Below are positions 50,134-64,000 of a stretch of DNA of 64,000 bases, in pieces. The stretch's first letter is position 1, and the number at the start of each line of letters is the position of its first letter. The DNA lies in NCBI RefSeq assembly GCF_009914755.1, contig NC_060934.1, one strand, 5' to 3'. The position numbers and the translations under genes were made by a program. Source of the DNA: the human T2T-CHM13v2.0 reference genome, Homo sapiens. The notes beneath the pieces were generated by a model. That model was given only the letters and a program-made list of their open reading frames with translations, was not told where the DNA came from and made no database searches.

Positions 50134-51031
50134 TGTTAAAGGAAATCAGAATATTTTACCCCAAAATATATTTTTTTGACATATTTTGACATGGCTGTCA
50201 GAGAGCCAGCAAAAAGAGGTAGCTCTGCAAAGCTGTCTTTTGTGCAGGAGATTTGTATTTGTAGAGAAAAATCTGCATTGATGCAGCCAGGTTTTCTCTG
50301 AGGCTTTCCCTTGTCTAGATCTAGAAAAGATTAACTGGCAGTCTGACACCTTTAAAGGCCTAAAAGGAACATTTACCATCTATTCTCTCCGAGGCTGCTA
50401 CCTGTGAGCTTTCATCTAAATAACAAGACCCCTTTGCTAGCCAAGCCTTGCTTTTCTCCCTCCCATAACGTGTCTTGCTGCTTAAAATCTGATTTACCAC
50501 CATAACCTGTCTTTGGCCATCCTCTGAGCCCCCACTCTTCTGTAACCTCAAGATGGTATAAGCTTCTGCACCCCATTGGTTGGGTCTTCATTCTGAAGGC
50601 TCCCGTGTCACATAAAACTATGATCGAATAAATCTGTATGCCTTTTCTCCTATTAATTTGCTTCTTGGCCGGGCGTGGTGGCTCATGCCTGTAATCCGAG
50701 GAGGCCGAGGCGGGAGGATCACCTGAGGTCAGGAGTATGAGACCAGCCTGGCCAACATGGTGAAACCCCGTCTCTACCAAACAATACAAAAATTACCTGG
50801 GCATGGTGGCATGTGCCTGTAGTCCCAGCTACTTGAGGAGGCTGAGGTTGAAGGAGTCTTGAACCTGGGGGCAGAGGTTGCAATGAGATTGTGCCACTGC
50901 ACTCCAGCCTGGGTGACAGAGTGAGACCCTGTCTCAAAAAAAAAAAAAGAAAGAAAAAAATTTTTGCTTCTTGTCAGTAATTTTTAGGGAAACTTCAAGG
51001 ATAAGAGGGAAACTTTCCCTTGGCCCCAACA
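50134..51031 (+). mobile_element. ERV1 MER4-like solo LTR interrupted by an Alu
   Basis: TG...CA ends; aatattttaccccaaaatatat start; AATAAA at ~50627. Confidence 0.75.
50667..50959 (+). mobile_element. Alu
   Basis: Near full length inside the LTR. Confidence 0.95.
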
Positions 51032-52734
51032 GCTTCCTAGAAGTTACATCTAAATGGAAGCCCTGATGATGTTCACCCCTCTCTATCTCTTGCAGCTAAG
51101 TACCTGGAATATCCTAAATGCTTCAAAGAATAAATGATCATAACATTTCAGAATATCTTTTCATTTAAGGTTCTCAGGTAAAATTCCCTCCCATTATTGG
51201 TCAGATTCTCAACCTACCTCCCCAATACCTACAATAAAAGTGAACTTTTGTTTCAGCTCTTTAGTTCAGCAAGGAGAATAATGGCTGACAATTTTCTTGA
51301 TACACAAACTGGTCTGGAATGCATTTTTCCAAATAAGCAACACAGCCTGTGGTCACGTCATCCTGATGGGGCTGCCAGAGAACAGTTGTCATACAAGTCC
51401 TTCCCATTTTTAGCATGTCTGTCACCCAAAGGGGGCCCAAGACACAGGAGCCCCTTCTGAAGGACCCCGTTTCCAGAGTTGTCAGCTCCTGCTCCAGCCA
51501 CAGGAGGGGAAAGTGAGGGGGCTGAAGGGGAGGTGTGGGCAGCAGCCCTTTTCACACAAATGCCAGCTCTCAAGGGGGAGCGAGCCCCAGGCCACAGCCT
51601 GTGCACACCCATGGAGAAGGGGCTTGTGCCAGGAGGGCAGGAGGAAGGGAGGGGACAGGAAGTGGTACACTTGGGGTCTGGAGGCCCACCAAGAAAGGAA
51701 CACCAAGTTTCAACAAGCCTGGCTTTCCAATCAACATAATCTTCAGTGTTGCCAGCTACTCCCCTCCTATCCTGCCTTAGGAAGCAGGAAGCGTATACCC
51801 CTAACCTTACTCGGAGATCCGGCACCGTGCGCACTTCCTATACACACAGGATCCTGGAATTGGGCCGGGATGATGACTCAACACTGACGATAAGGATGTC
51901 CCCGGGTGCCTTGGGTTGACTTAGAATGTTTATAGAATTGTTCCTGTGTCAGAAACGTTTAATTCTTTTCAACTAGCCACTTCACCATCTCTTCTATTCC
52001 TTCCTCAACCTGTTCCAGGGCCAGGCAAAGCCTTTGCCAGGTATTACTGCTTTCCTACAGCCCTCCACAGCAGCGGGTGACCCCACATATGGAGCCTTGG
52101 CACATGCCAAGCACCGACTTCCATGAATTACCTCACTGAATCCTTATGACTGCCCTACAAGGGATGGACTGCTTCCACTCCTGCTTAGCATGTGAGAGGT
52201 TAAGTGGCTTTCTAGCAAAAGGCTAAGCCTGATTTCTTATAAACTGCCCCATGCCGGCTCACCCTCAGTGATCCCCACTCCTGATGTGCTGGCCCACCCA
52301 TGGGCCCACATGTGCTTGGCTGGAGCTGGAAGTCTGGCCTAGTGTGTCTCAAGCCTCTGTGCTCCTGTGTCCCCCAAGCATGCCTCTATTATTGCCCTGG
52401 TGATATTGCTAGGCTCCTCCTTGTTTTGAGGAGCCTTGAACTTAGGGTTCTCAAGAGGAGAGACAAATGACCTTTGTATTCTGCCCAGAGGCTGGTACCT
52501 GCAGGCCTTATTCATAGACTGAATAACTACAGCCTCAAAGGGAAACTGAGGTTGCAAGCCTAAGGGTTAAGCACTATTTACTGTGGACATCAGACATACT
52601 AGATACTTAATAAATGGCTTGGAGACATCTTCAGGAACTCAATCTGGGTCTAAGGAAGTTCTAAAAATATTCTCAGTTCTAGAAGCAATTCTAGATCACC
52701 CAAGATGGTGGCTCTATAGCTTCCGTTTATAAAG

Positions 52735-52900
52735 TGCTGACCATGTTCCCAGGATCATAAGCCCTTGTAATCAACCACTCTTTGAGGTAGGTGCTATCAT
52801 CTCCATTTTACAGATGAGGAAACTGAGTCTCAGACAGGGGAAGCAACTCCCAAGTCACTAGACTGTAAGAGGTGGAGCTGGCATTCAAACCTGGTTGCTT
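52735..52900 (-). mobile_element. MIR
   Basis: ccattttacagatgaggaaactgag core. Confidence 0.8.
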
Positions 52901-53690
52901 CTGAGAAGTTGCCGAAAGTCTTTGACTTTCGCAGTAGTCAACAGCATAGCCAAAATCAGAATTGTGATTTGTTTAGTTGCTAAGTTCATTTCTCCAAAAA
53001 AATTTTCAGGTCTCAAAACACCCTAAGGCTACCTTTGTCCAAATGCTCTCTGGGTCTTTGTAGCTGACCCAGAGAGAAGATGGTACACTCACCCCAAAAC
53101 CTGGCATGGCTATTCGAGGATACCCCATGTCAGTCAGGGCCCCAGGAGACCTGCATTCTCCTCTCCAGAACCAAAACACCTTTGTTTCATAGCAAACAAA
53201 GGCCCCGCGCTCCCACACAAACACGAGACAGGACAAAGACCTGACAGAGCCGAGCACTAGCAGAGCACCATGGGTTATGGAAACAAAGTGCATCTTACAT
53301 AAAAGCAAACCACACCACACCAAAGCCTGGTGTTCTCAGCTGTGTTAGTCAAAGCAAACTGAGGGTCATCTCTAAGGCATACATGGGATGTGAGGAAGGT
53401 CTGCCTTCTCAGAGGCCCTTGCAGCAGGCCAGGAGGCATTCAAAGTAGAGATAACTTCCAAATGACCTCAAGTGGCCAGATATAGCCTGTCCTTTCCCTC
53501 CAACTGTATCCAGTCCTGGCACCTGAATTCATGTCCTCCCATTCCCTCTGGGGCCATCTCTTTGCTCCTGAGGCAAGCAAATGGTCTCACCAGCATTCAC
53601 TTGGCCTCCGTAGATGGACCAGGGGCGAGACGTGCAGCCCACCCTGCCAAGTGAGACGCCAAGTGCACACGCGGCATGCTGCAGTCCTAC

Positions 53691-54464
53691 CTGGCTCCCA
53701 CCTCTCCGAGCAGCTTTCCTCCCCGCCTGCTCGCCACCTCTATGCCGCTCTGTCTGCTCAGCCTCACTTCCTGGAAAAGCGCTACCCAGGGGCTTGCCGG
53801 GCCGGCTCTCCTCAGGGGTGTTGAGATCTGAGAGTCTCTGTTCAGTACTCAGGCACCTGACCACGTCTGAAGGCTTCAAGCAGCTCTTCTTAGAGATCTT
53901 GGGTCCACCAGGGCCTCTTTCGCCTGCCCCCCTCTCTGCTTTCCTCTCATATTGTCCACTCTCTTCGCGCCATGGCTGCCTCTTGCTCTGGCTGCTAAAG
54001 GCATCACTAAGCTGGGAGATGACACTATCAGAGCTCCCCAGCGGCAGCTGCAAGAAGCTATCTTGGTGGATGCCTGAAGATGGCGTGTGGACACCACCGT
54101 CTCCATTCATGTGAAGGGAGGCCTGGGAAGTAGGTGCTAGGGAGTAGGTTTTGTGTGGGGAAGGTAGGGCCAGTGGAGAAGCTACTGATCGTGGGGTGGG
54201 ACGATCTGACCAACTCAAATGGGGGAGGCTGAGAGACAGGGAGGGACTGGCCCTTGGTGACAAGGCGAGGTGGTCAGTGTTATAGATAGAAGCCTCTGGC
54301 AGAGGAGGCAAGGGTGGGGTCAGGGCCAGAGAACGCCTGCCTGGGACCCCCACAGTCAGTGAGATCCACTCAGAGGTGACAGCGTGCATCTCGGGGGACA
54401 GGGCTCGGCGGGAGTGGGGCAGAGATGAGGGGGCTGGCGTGATGAGCTTGCTGTGACTGGAAAA
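53691..54464 (-). CDS. SORBS1: SORBS1 large cassette exon (774 nt, 258 aa Pro/Ser-rich insert between SH3-2 and SH3-3)
   Basis: Long pyrimidine tract TTTTTAAG|FSSHSKLITP...AARRGGSQ|GTAGGA; fully open, phase 0/0. Confidence 0.92.
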
Positions 54465-55756
54465 CTTAAAAAGAAGAAAAGAGAGGAAAACAAAAGAAAG
54501 AAGCAAAAGGTACAAGTGTCAGCATAAAGGAAAAAGAAGGAAAATAATCACAAGGGGTATATAAAGAGGAATGAAATGGAGAGGATGAGCAAGGACACTC
54601 TGGTGTCCAAAAAGGAAATCCTCAGGTTACATCTGGGGAGAAACCAGGATGGGTGAGTGTGCGTTTGAGCATGTGCGAGCGTGATCCTGATGTGTGCAGG
54701 CAGGGGGTGGAGGAAGCAGTGAGAGGTGTGGAGATGGGGAGAGGTTCCCGTCAGAGTAGTGACGGATGAGGCCGCCCTGCTTTGCAGAATCAGATTTTCA
54801 AAGGGACACATTGGAAGCTCCCCATCCCAGCCAACCCAGCCCCTGTGCATCCAGATCCCTGACCCGGAACCATACGGGGAAAGGTGGCCCCACACTGCCA
54901 TGGCCCTTCCCTGGGGTTTTATTTTCTCTGGGAGCTCAGCAGAGTCTTCCAGAGAGGAGTATGAGTAGTGTACTAGTTTTGTTTTACAATCACTCTTGGC
55001 TAGTCAAGTGAAAAATGTAGTTGAGTTCCCTGCATCCTTACAAAGAAGAATGTCCCACTCCAGTCACACACTCTGTCCTATAAGACAACAGGATGCGGCT
55101 ATCACTGTCCAGGAAGCCCTGGGTCAGCCCGTTTAATGCTTTCTGCCAAGAACCCTCTACTGGGGTCAGTGATGAGCAGGTGGCAGAGGAGGAAACAATT
55201 AGAGGACCAGACAAGAGGCACCATCTCAGGGTCAACCTGGGCCCCCAGGTCCTACTCTTGTTCCTCTGCCAACCTCCTTACAACATACATGGTGGTTTGT
55301 CCAGGCTCTTTCACAGGGATGTCACCCCCACCGTGTCACCCTGAACTCAAGGTTCTGACATTTTCTTGGCTTTGGGAAAGTGGGGATCAGTTAGGAATAG
55401 TTTATATTTCTAAACAAGTTTGTTCATAATTAATGTTTGGGAAAGCCAACATCTTATTACGCCTATAAACCTATATCCTTTCAGCCCACAGAGACTGAGA
55501 TGCTGTAAGTTACTTGTTCCAATCACCTGGTTCCAGTGAATGCAAATAATACTTTGGATCTGGTCTATATGGCTGATGAGAAGGTGTAAGTCTCTCTTTC
55601 AGCCTTTGTCTTCTGCAGGTCAACTTTGGCCAAGATGACTGAGGACCGCATTTGGACCATGGGATTTATGACACAGTGGTGGTACCCACACCAACAGCTT
55701 CACCCAAGAGGGGCCAACTGATAAAGGCTCTTGTTTCTCTGTTTCTCTTTCCCTAG

Positions 55757-56177
<421 letters not shown>

Positions 56178-56239
56178 TCCTGCAGACAGTTTTTAATTGC
56201 AGTGCTCAAAAACCTCCCCAGAGAGGCTGTGTGCCATCA

Positions 56240-56587
<348 letters not shown>

Positions 56588-57831
56588 TTATCACATCCTT
56601 AGCTCAGGAAAAACCTTCCCTGCTGAACCTGGAGGGAATTAACACCACTGGGATGAGGATGCTAATGGCAGAGGAGCTATCTTGATGCTGGGAAGTTCAG
56701 CTTGGTTCTTTAAGTATTTTAGTAAAGGAGAACATCAGATTTGTGTCCCTAAGCCAGGGAACAAATGTAGTGTTTTTGACTCATTTAATGTGAAACAGAT
56801 ACCCAATCTTCATTTCTAAGGCAAAGATTTTGGGGGGTTTCACTTTTTCTTTCTTTTGTAGCATTATAGATACTTATAATGTATCATTATAGAAAAATCA
56901 GAACACAAACGTAAAGCAGAAAACAATCATCACCCATCACATAGTCATTTGGGGATAAACACTTAATATTTGGCATATGGACTCCCCAGATTTACTTCTA
57001 TGCATGTGAATTAAACCTGCACATATTTTTTCTTATAAAAATTGAGTATGAACTGTGTTTCCCTTTTCCAACTTGCTTTTTAAAAAATACTTAATAGCAC
57101 ATAGTAAACCTCCTTCTTTATCAAGAAATAGAATTCTAGATTTTTAATGGCATTGCATAGCTTAATGGACCACTGCAGGGTATTCTGTCGCACACACATA
57201 TAATGATTTAATTACTGATCCCCTGCTGTTGGGCAACTGGGTTGCTTCCAGTGCTTTTTCTAACAATGTGCTCACTTCCCTCAAGCCTCAATAAAATCAG
57301 TAACTTAGTAACTTTAGCAAGCCAGAGAATTTTGCCATGTAGAGTGTTTGGATTCTGGAAAGAACAACTTCTCTGCACAATGTAATTATGTTCTGAATAA
57401 GCATGATGGTGATAATAATAATACTGGCATCTCCTGTTTACTAAGCACCAACAAGATACCATGTGTCATGCTGGGGGCTTCACATAAGTTGTTTCACCGA
57501 AGCCTCTTACAACCACCTAGGAGAGAGCCATCTATCTTCATTTTTTTTCTATAAGAAAATGGTGGCTTGGAAAAAGTATTTAACTCCCACATTCTGCGTA
57601 GTTGGTTTGTGCCTTTTGGGTTCAAAGCTTTTCAAACTTCTCCTGGTATCAATGGACCTGTTTTTTCCACTAGGTCACACCAATATATTGTAAAACCCAG
57701 TCCCCAACACAATGCATTATGACATCATTAGTTGGTAAGTGTTGGTTGAAAACAGCTTATAAAAGATGTCTAAGACTCCAGAAATACTATGTTTAATCAG
57801 TGAGCTCAATATAGTTAAACCCTGATATTAG

Positions 57832-58309
<478 letters not shown>

Positions 58310-58454
58310 CCTTAATGCAATTATTGATTGGCATACTTCTCTTAAGGGTACAGACAGCACCCCCAGACTGGGGTGTGATAGCAACACCACGCTTCCCCAC
58401 ATAGCTGCGCCATCCAAGAGAGCCCCAAAGCAAGGCATGAGAAGTGCAGCTTAC

Positions 58455-58580
58455 CTTTCTGAAGGACATTTCTACTTGTGTATCACCATTAAAGTTAAAC
58501 TTAGCAATAGCTTCTCCATATTCCAAAACCTGCACTGGTGTCAACTTTTTGGGCTGTGCCTTCTCAGCAGGAGGAAGAAG
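58455..58580 (-). CDS. SORBS1: SORBS1 exon, SH3-1/SH3-2 linker and start of SH3-2
   Basis: TTTCTCAG|[42 protein letters not shown]|GTAAGC; 126 nt. Confidence 0.96.
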
Positions 58581-58733
58581 CTGAGAAAGGGAAAGAGGTA
58601 AAAGAGAACAAGGGAAGAGAAGAAAGCAGGGAAACAAGAGGAAAAGGAGGAAACAAAACATAAGCATTTGGTAAATAAATGGTGCTTTGGGCACTGTCAG
58701 GCTTTTCCTTAGAAAGAAAAGAGGCTGCGGTAC

Positions 58734-58848
58734 CTCGATGTAGGTGCGTGGGAAGATTCCCACCCGGCCGTGGTGTTCTCCTTCATACCAGTTCTGATCA
58801 ATTTGCTTATAAATGTAAACAATATCTCCCTTCTGCAGAGGAAGCTCC
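58734..58848 (-). CDS. SORBS1: SORBS1 exon, first SH3 (second part)
   Basis: CAACAG|[39 protein letters not shown]|GTACCG; 115 nt. Confidence 0.96.
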
Positions 58849-59610
58849 CTGTTGACAGAAGGTCAACGGCATTTTAGCAGATGTTTCAATATGTGTAAGA
58901 TTAAGACACTTCAGTTTTGTAGCAAAAGGAGACTTTTAAGTGGGGTCAAAGGGTACAAATTCCAGAGAGGGGCCTCCATATTTGGAAGTAAGAACCCCAC
59001 TATTCAGGAAATTACATCACATTTGGCATTTTTCCACTCTTTTGCAGGATGGATGTTAACATTCAAATTGACTAGCCCTTGAAAGTGCTCAGAGGCCTTA
59101 TTAATTTGTTGTGGTTTTCTAAATGCATTTTTTGTGAATGTTGTCTTATGCTCAGAAAATTTATGCAACACAGAGCAATGCACTCAGCTGCCTTAACTGA
59201 TGTTTGTTAAACAAAACGTCTCCTGGATACCTTCACTATCCTCTTCTACGCCCTAGCAGGGCATGCCTTCGTTGCTTTAAATTGCCCTCAAATTATTTGT
59301 GATATATTGATATCCTTCTATCATTCCATCAATTTCACCATTTGTCCACCCATCCATTTTACCATCTATCTTTGTATCATCATGCAGTAGAAAGGTTCTG
59401 AAGTTAGGCAGATCTGGTCCAAAATCCAGTTCTGAAATTTAGTAGCTCTGGGACCTTGGACACAATACTTAATCTGAGACACTGTTTCTTTAGCTGAACT
59501 TGGAGCTAACTCAGAGTTGCTGGAGAATGCTTCAACAAATTAAAAATAAACAGCTAGGATGGTGCCTGTTGTACAGGTAGGTAACACTCAATAAATGTTA
59601 ATTCCATTAC

Positions 59611-60343
<733 letters not shown>

Positions 60344-60363
60344 CAGATTATGTTAATTTTTAA

Positions 60364-60755
<392 letters not shown>

Positions 60756-61581
60756 CTTATAACTTTTTCTTGAATTAAATAATTTTAAAATTGTAACATT
60801 TTCTTGAATTAAAAAAAAAATGACCTAGATCTTTTTCATTTGAGTCAAACCAATAGGATGGAAAGGTCTCCAATTGTAACTTGGAAGGGGTGTGCTCACT
60901 TTGCAGGATGCCAGGAAGTCCCACGGTATGTGAGGGGTGCTGGCCGAACAATGAGGGCACATCTGGAAAACTACAGAAAGTCAGTTCTGTGCTGAATAAA
61001 AGCACAAGGCAACCTTTGTGGGTCTCACATTAGCAGACAGGATTCTAACTCTCAAGAGGTCCGTAAAGGGGATATGGACATTTGTCTCTGTGAGAAGGAA
61101 TGTCTCGGGCCACATTTTTGCCACAGCCCTCTTTGGGGGGCATTACGAATTCCCCCTCCCTTCATCCCCAACCACAGGCACATAGATGAGCAAGACCCTC
61201 AGCATATTCACCCCTATGGAGATCTGCAGGCTCCTGATTCTGCTATACTAAGTATCTCGCAGCTGTGGAGGGGGATGGGAGCATAATGGTCCTACTATTA
61301 AGCAAAGGACCCACTTGTGTGTGAGAGACGAACTGAGGGGTCTGTAGTTGTAGCTGATGGAAGACTACCATGGGAAACCTGGGGCCCCATTCTTCCACTG
61401 CTGTGGACTATACCCCTAGCTCCCAAAGAACCACTGCTGGTGAGAGGGTTTGAGAAATATGATTCGCTTTAGATCTTTTTTGGAGCATCACGGTGTACAT
61501 CAGCACAGCAGAGGCCCTGAGAAGGCCAGGGGGAAAGAAACTTGTTTAACTTTGTTGAACCAAGTATTCCATAACATGCTA

Positions 61582-61874
61582 TTTTTTTTTTTAGATGGAG
61601 ACTCACTCTGTCCCCCAGGCTGGAATGCAGTGGCATGATCTTGGCTTACTGCAACCTCCGCCTCCTGGGTTCAAGCAATTCTCATGCCTTAGACTCCTGA
61701 GTAGCTGGAATTACAGGCACTTGCCACCACACCCGGCTAATTTTTGTATTTTTTGGTAGAGACAGGGTTTCGCCATGTTGGCCAGGCTGGTCTTGAACTC
61801 CTGACCACAAGTGATCTGCCAGCCTCAGCCTCCCAAAGTGCTGGGATTACAGGTGTGAGCTACCACGCCTGGCC
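61582..61874 (-). mobile_element. Alu
   Basis: Full length. Confidence 0.95.
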
Positions 61875-62384
61875 CCGACAGCATGCTTTTTTGAGTAATT
61901 GACTATGGCGAAATGTAAAACCAAGTGACTGAAGGGCTTAAAAGACCATGGAGCTAGAATTTACTTTTTTCACTAAATTTTGTGGACATTTTTTTGGAGG
62001 CAGCATGTCGTGATGAAAACACTGAGTTAGGAGGAAGGAGCCCTCTCTCCGGCATTAGCAATGTTGATAAAAGGTGACAATTTCTGTGGATCTAAGCTTT
62101 CTCACCTGTTCTATTTGACAGGGTTGCTCTAAAAAAAAATTGTTTTAAGACTCTTTATGAAATCTGGGAAAATGTAATATTATCATCACTATACCATTTA
62201 ATAAATCTTACAAAGACTCCTCAATTCAAAGAAATAAGTGTATTAATTAAATTGCAAATTAATTTATATATCTCTGTTATCCTTTCTGGTTTAAAAAAAA
62301 AAGGGGGGGAAGAGGATGACATATTTTGAGTATTAAATTTTGGTCACTATGCAAAATGTTTTACAGGTATTACCCCAGCTTCCC

Positions 62385-62540
62385 TGCAAGAGAGGCATTT
62401 TTACCCCTATCTCGCAGATAAAGAAAATTGAGTGGGGGAGAAGTTGATAACTTCACTACAGTCACAAAGATAGTAAGTGGCATAGTCAGGATTTGAACAC
62501 AGGGCTTCCTGACTCTAAAGCCCACAATCTTTGCAGTATA
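62385..62540 (-). mobile_element. MIR
   Basis: cagataaagaaaattgag...gtcacaaagatagtaagtggc...caggatttgaac. Confidence 0.7.
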
Positions 62541-63269
62541 TTACACAGCCACCTCCTTTAGCTGACCAACTAAAGGACTGGAGTAATACACACAAACCCA
62601 ACTATACCAGATTTGTGCCTAGGCTCTAGACACTGTGGCCTGGTCACTCATTTTGTGATCCAGGAGATCAGAACCATGGTTGGTTAGCTCCACACAGCAT
62701 TTCCCAGCATCTAAGGACAGGGAGCTCTCCCTCTGATCACCAGATGCACAACCATCCATCTGCAGGACAATGGGGTGGCCACTGACCATTGTACTTTTAG
62801 CTGCCAATGAGAACTCATGGACTATTTAAATCCATTATTAGATAAAAAGCCAGCTGTTTCCTTATGGAACCCAGTCTTTGGTAGCATCTCCCAAATCGTG
62901 TTTCAGGTTCCTTTCTTGAAAGACTTCTGGAGCTATTAATATGTCATCAACAAAGTATCTCTTCAAAGTGGGTGGGAGGTATAGATAGAGCATGCAGTGT
63001 TTCCCAACTCATTCTACAACAGAACTCTCTTTTTGAGAAAAATTTTACAGGGCTAGCACTCTGAAGAACACACTTAAGAGAAACGCCAGTCTCCTGTGGG
63101 TTCATGTAAGATTTTAATCTCTTGGGATGTTGTAGCAAAATGGGTAAAGTTATCTCCCTAGAGACTGGTCTAGATCCTTCCACAGAAAAGATGGGTCAGA
63201 TCAAGCCACCACTTGAGCAAATAGAGCCACTACATAGGAGGAGGCAGGGTGGGGCAGGGTATAAGACCC

Positions 63270-63450
63270 CAACCTCTGCCTAGGTTTGAATTCCAACTCT
63301 ATCACACCAGCTTGAGCAGGTTCCTTAACCTTATAGTCTCTTGGTCTCTTCATTTGAACAGTGGGGATCATCACAGCACCCACTCCATAAGGAATTAACA
63401 TAAGCAAAGTACTCTGAATAGTGTTTGGCACATAGCAAACTCTATGAACT
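63270..63450 (+). mobile_element. MIR
   Basis: cctaggtttgaattcc...gtgtttggcacatag. Confidence 0.65.
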
Positions 63451-63575
63451 ACTGTTTTGTTCTTTTTTTTTTAACAACAATTTTTATAATTGTTATTTCT
63501 CCAACTCTACAAACAAACTGCTGTGTTTCAAAAAGGCAGCTAAAAAGACAAATAAATATAACTGGTGGCACTTAC

Positions 63576-63622
63576 TTTAGTGTCTGAGCTTTAAAGTCAA
63601 ATTTGGCTCTGGCAGGTCTCAT
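63576..63622 (-). CDS. SORBS1: SORBS1 exon, start of first SH3 (not in ORF track)
   Basis: TTCAG|MRPARAKFDFKAQTL(K)|GTAAGT; 47 nt, phase 2 out joins the next exon. Confidence 0.94.
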
Positions 63623-64000
63623 CTGAACATAAGAAACAATGACAAGTTAAAATCAGGATTCATGGACAACAAGGACACATTTTCACAAATTTCTAGAAAG
63701 CAAAGCAGAAAAATTCACTCTAGCCAGTTTGTTCTAGTGTAGAAATCTGGGCAAAATTGCATTTGTCTGACCTTAGTAGAACACTAGATAAATGTTTAGT
63801 CAACTATGTATGTCATTCATGAGAATCCCCCTAAAAACAGCCAGATCTGGGGAAGAGATGGTTAGAAAGGTCCCAAAGCTGAGGTAACAGTTCCTCAAAA
63901 CATGTGAACCATGGCTATTAAAAAAACAAACAAACAAAAAGACAAAGTCAGCCAGAAGTCCTAAGATGTTCCTTATCTACTGTCTTATTCCTTAGAGACA

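Noticed and set aside
51197-51887. Cluster of ORFs in a GC-richer intronic patch
   Set aside because: No homology and no convincing phase-compatible splice pair; may be regulatory (TGACTCA at ~51874), but this is unsupported
53614-54114. 166-aa plus-strand ORF
   Set aside because: Antisense shadow of the SORBS1 774-nt exon; no independent promoter or splice evidence

Overview
Primate (human-like) genomic DNA, rich in Alu elements, carrying two cytoskeletal adaptor genes in tandem on the minus strand. (1) The 3' part of SORBS1 (CAP/ponsin): nine coding exons between 63622 and 32229 encode the three C-terminal SH3 domains. They include two phase-0 cassette exons (774 nt + 60 nt = 278 aa) between SH3-2 and SH3-3, and are followed by a ~3.3 kb 3'UTR ending near 28945. 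(2) About 21 kb further on, the CpG-island promoter and first coding exon of PDLIM1 (CLP36; ATG at 8093), followed by intron 1. The rest is about 33 Alus, MIR/L2/L1 relics, MaLR/ERV LTRs, hAT DNA-transposon fossils and a 3'-truncated Y1 RNA retrocopy. The most interesting signal is the splicing cluster at 39.1-40.2 kb. An in-frame upstream acceptor sits behind a 269-nt AG-free zone and adds 44 aa; joined to the 60-nt exon it builds an AKAP-like amphipathic helix across the junction. A candidate poison exon lies next to it. Several local templated duplications are also visible. Repeat subfamily names and boundaries were assigned by eye and are approximate. Almost all entries in the ORF track are spurious Alu or GC-rich ORFs.
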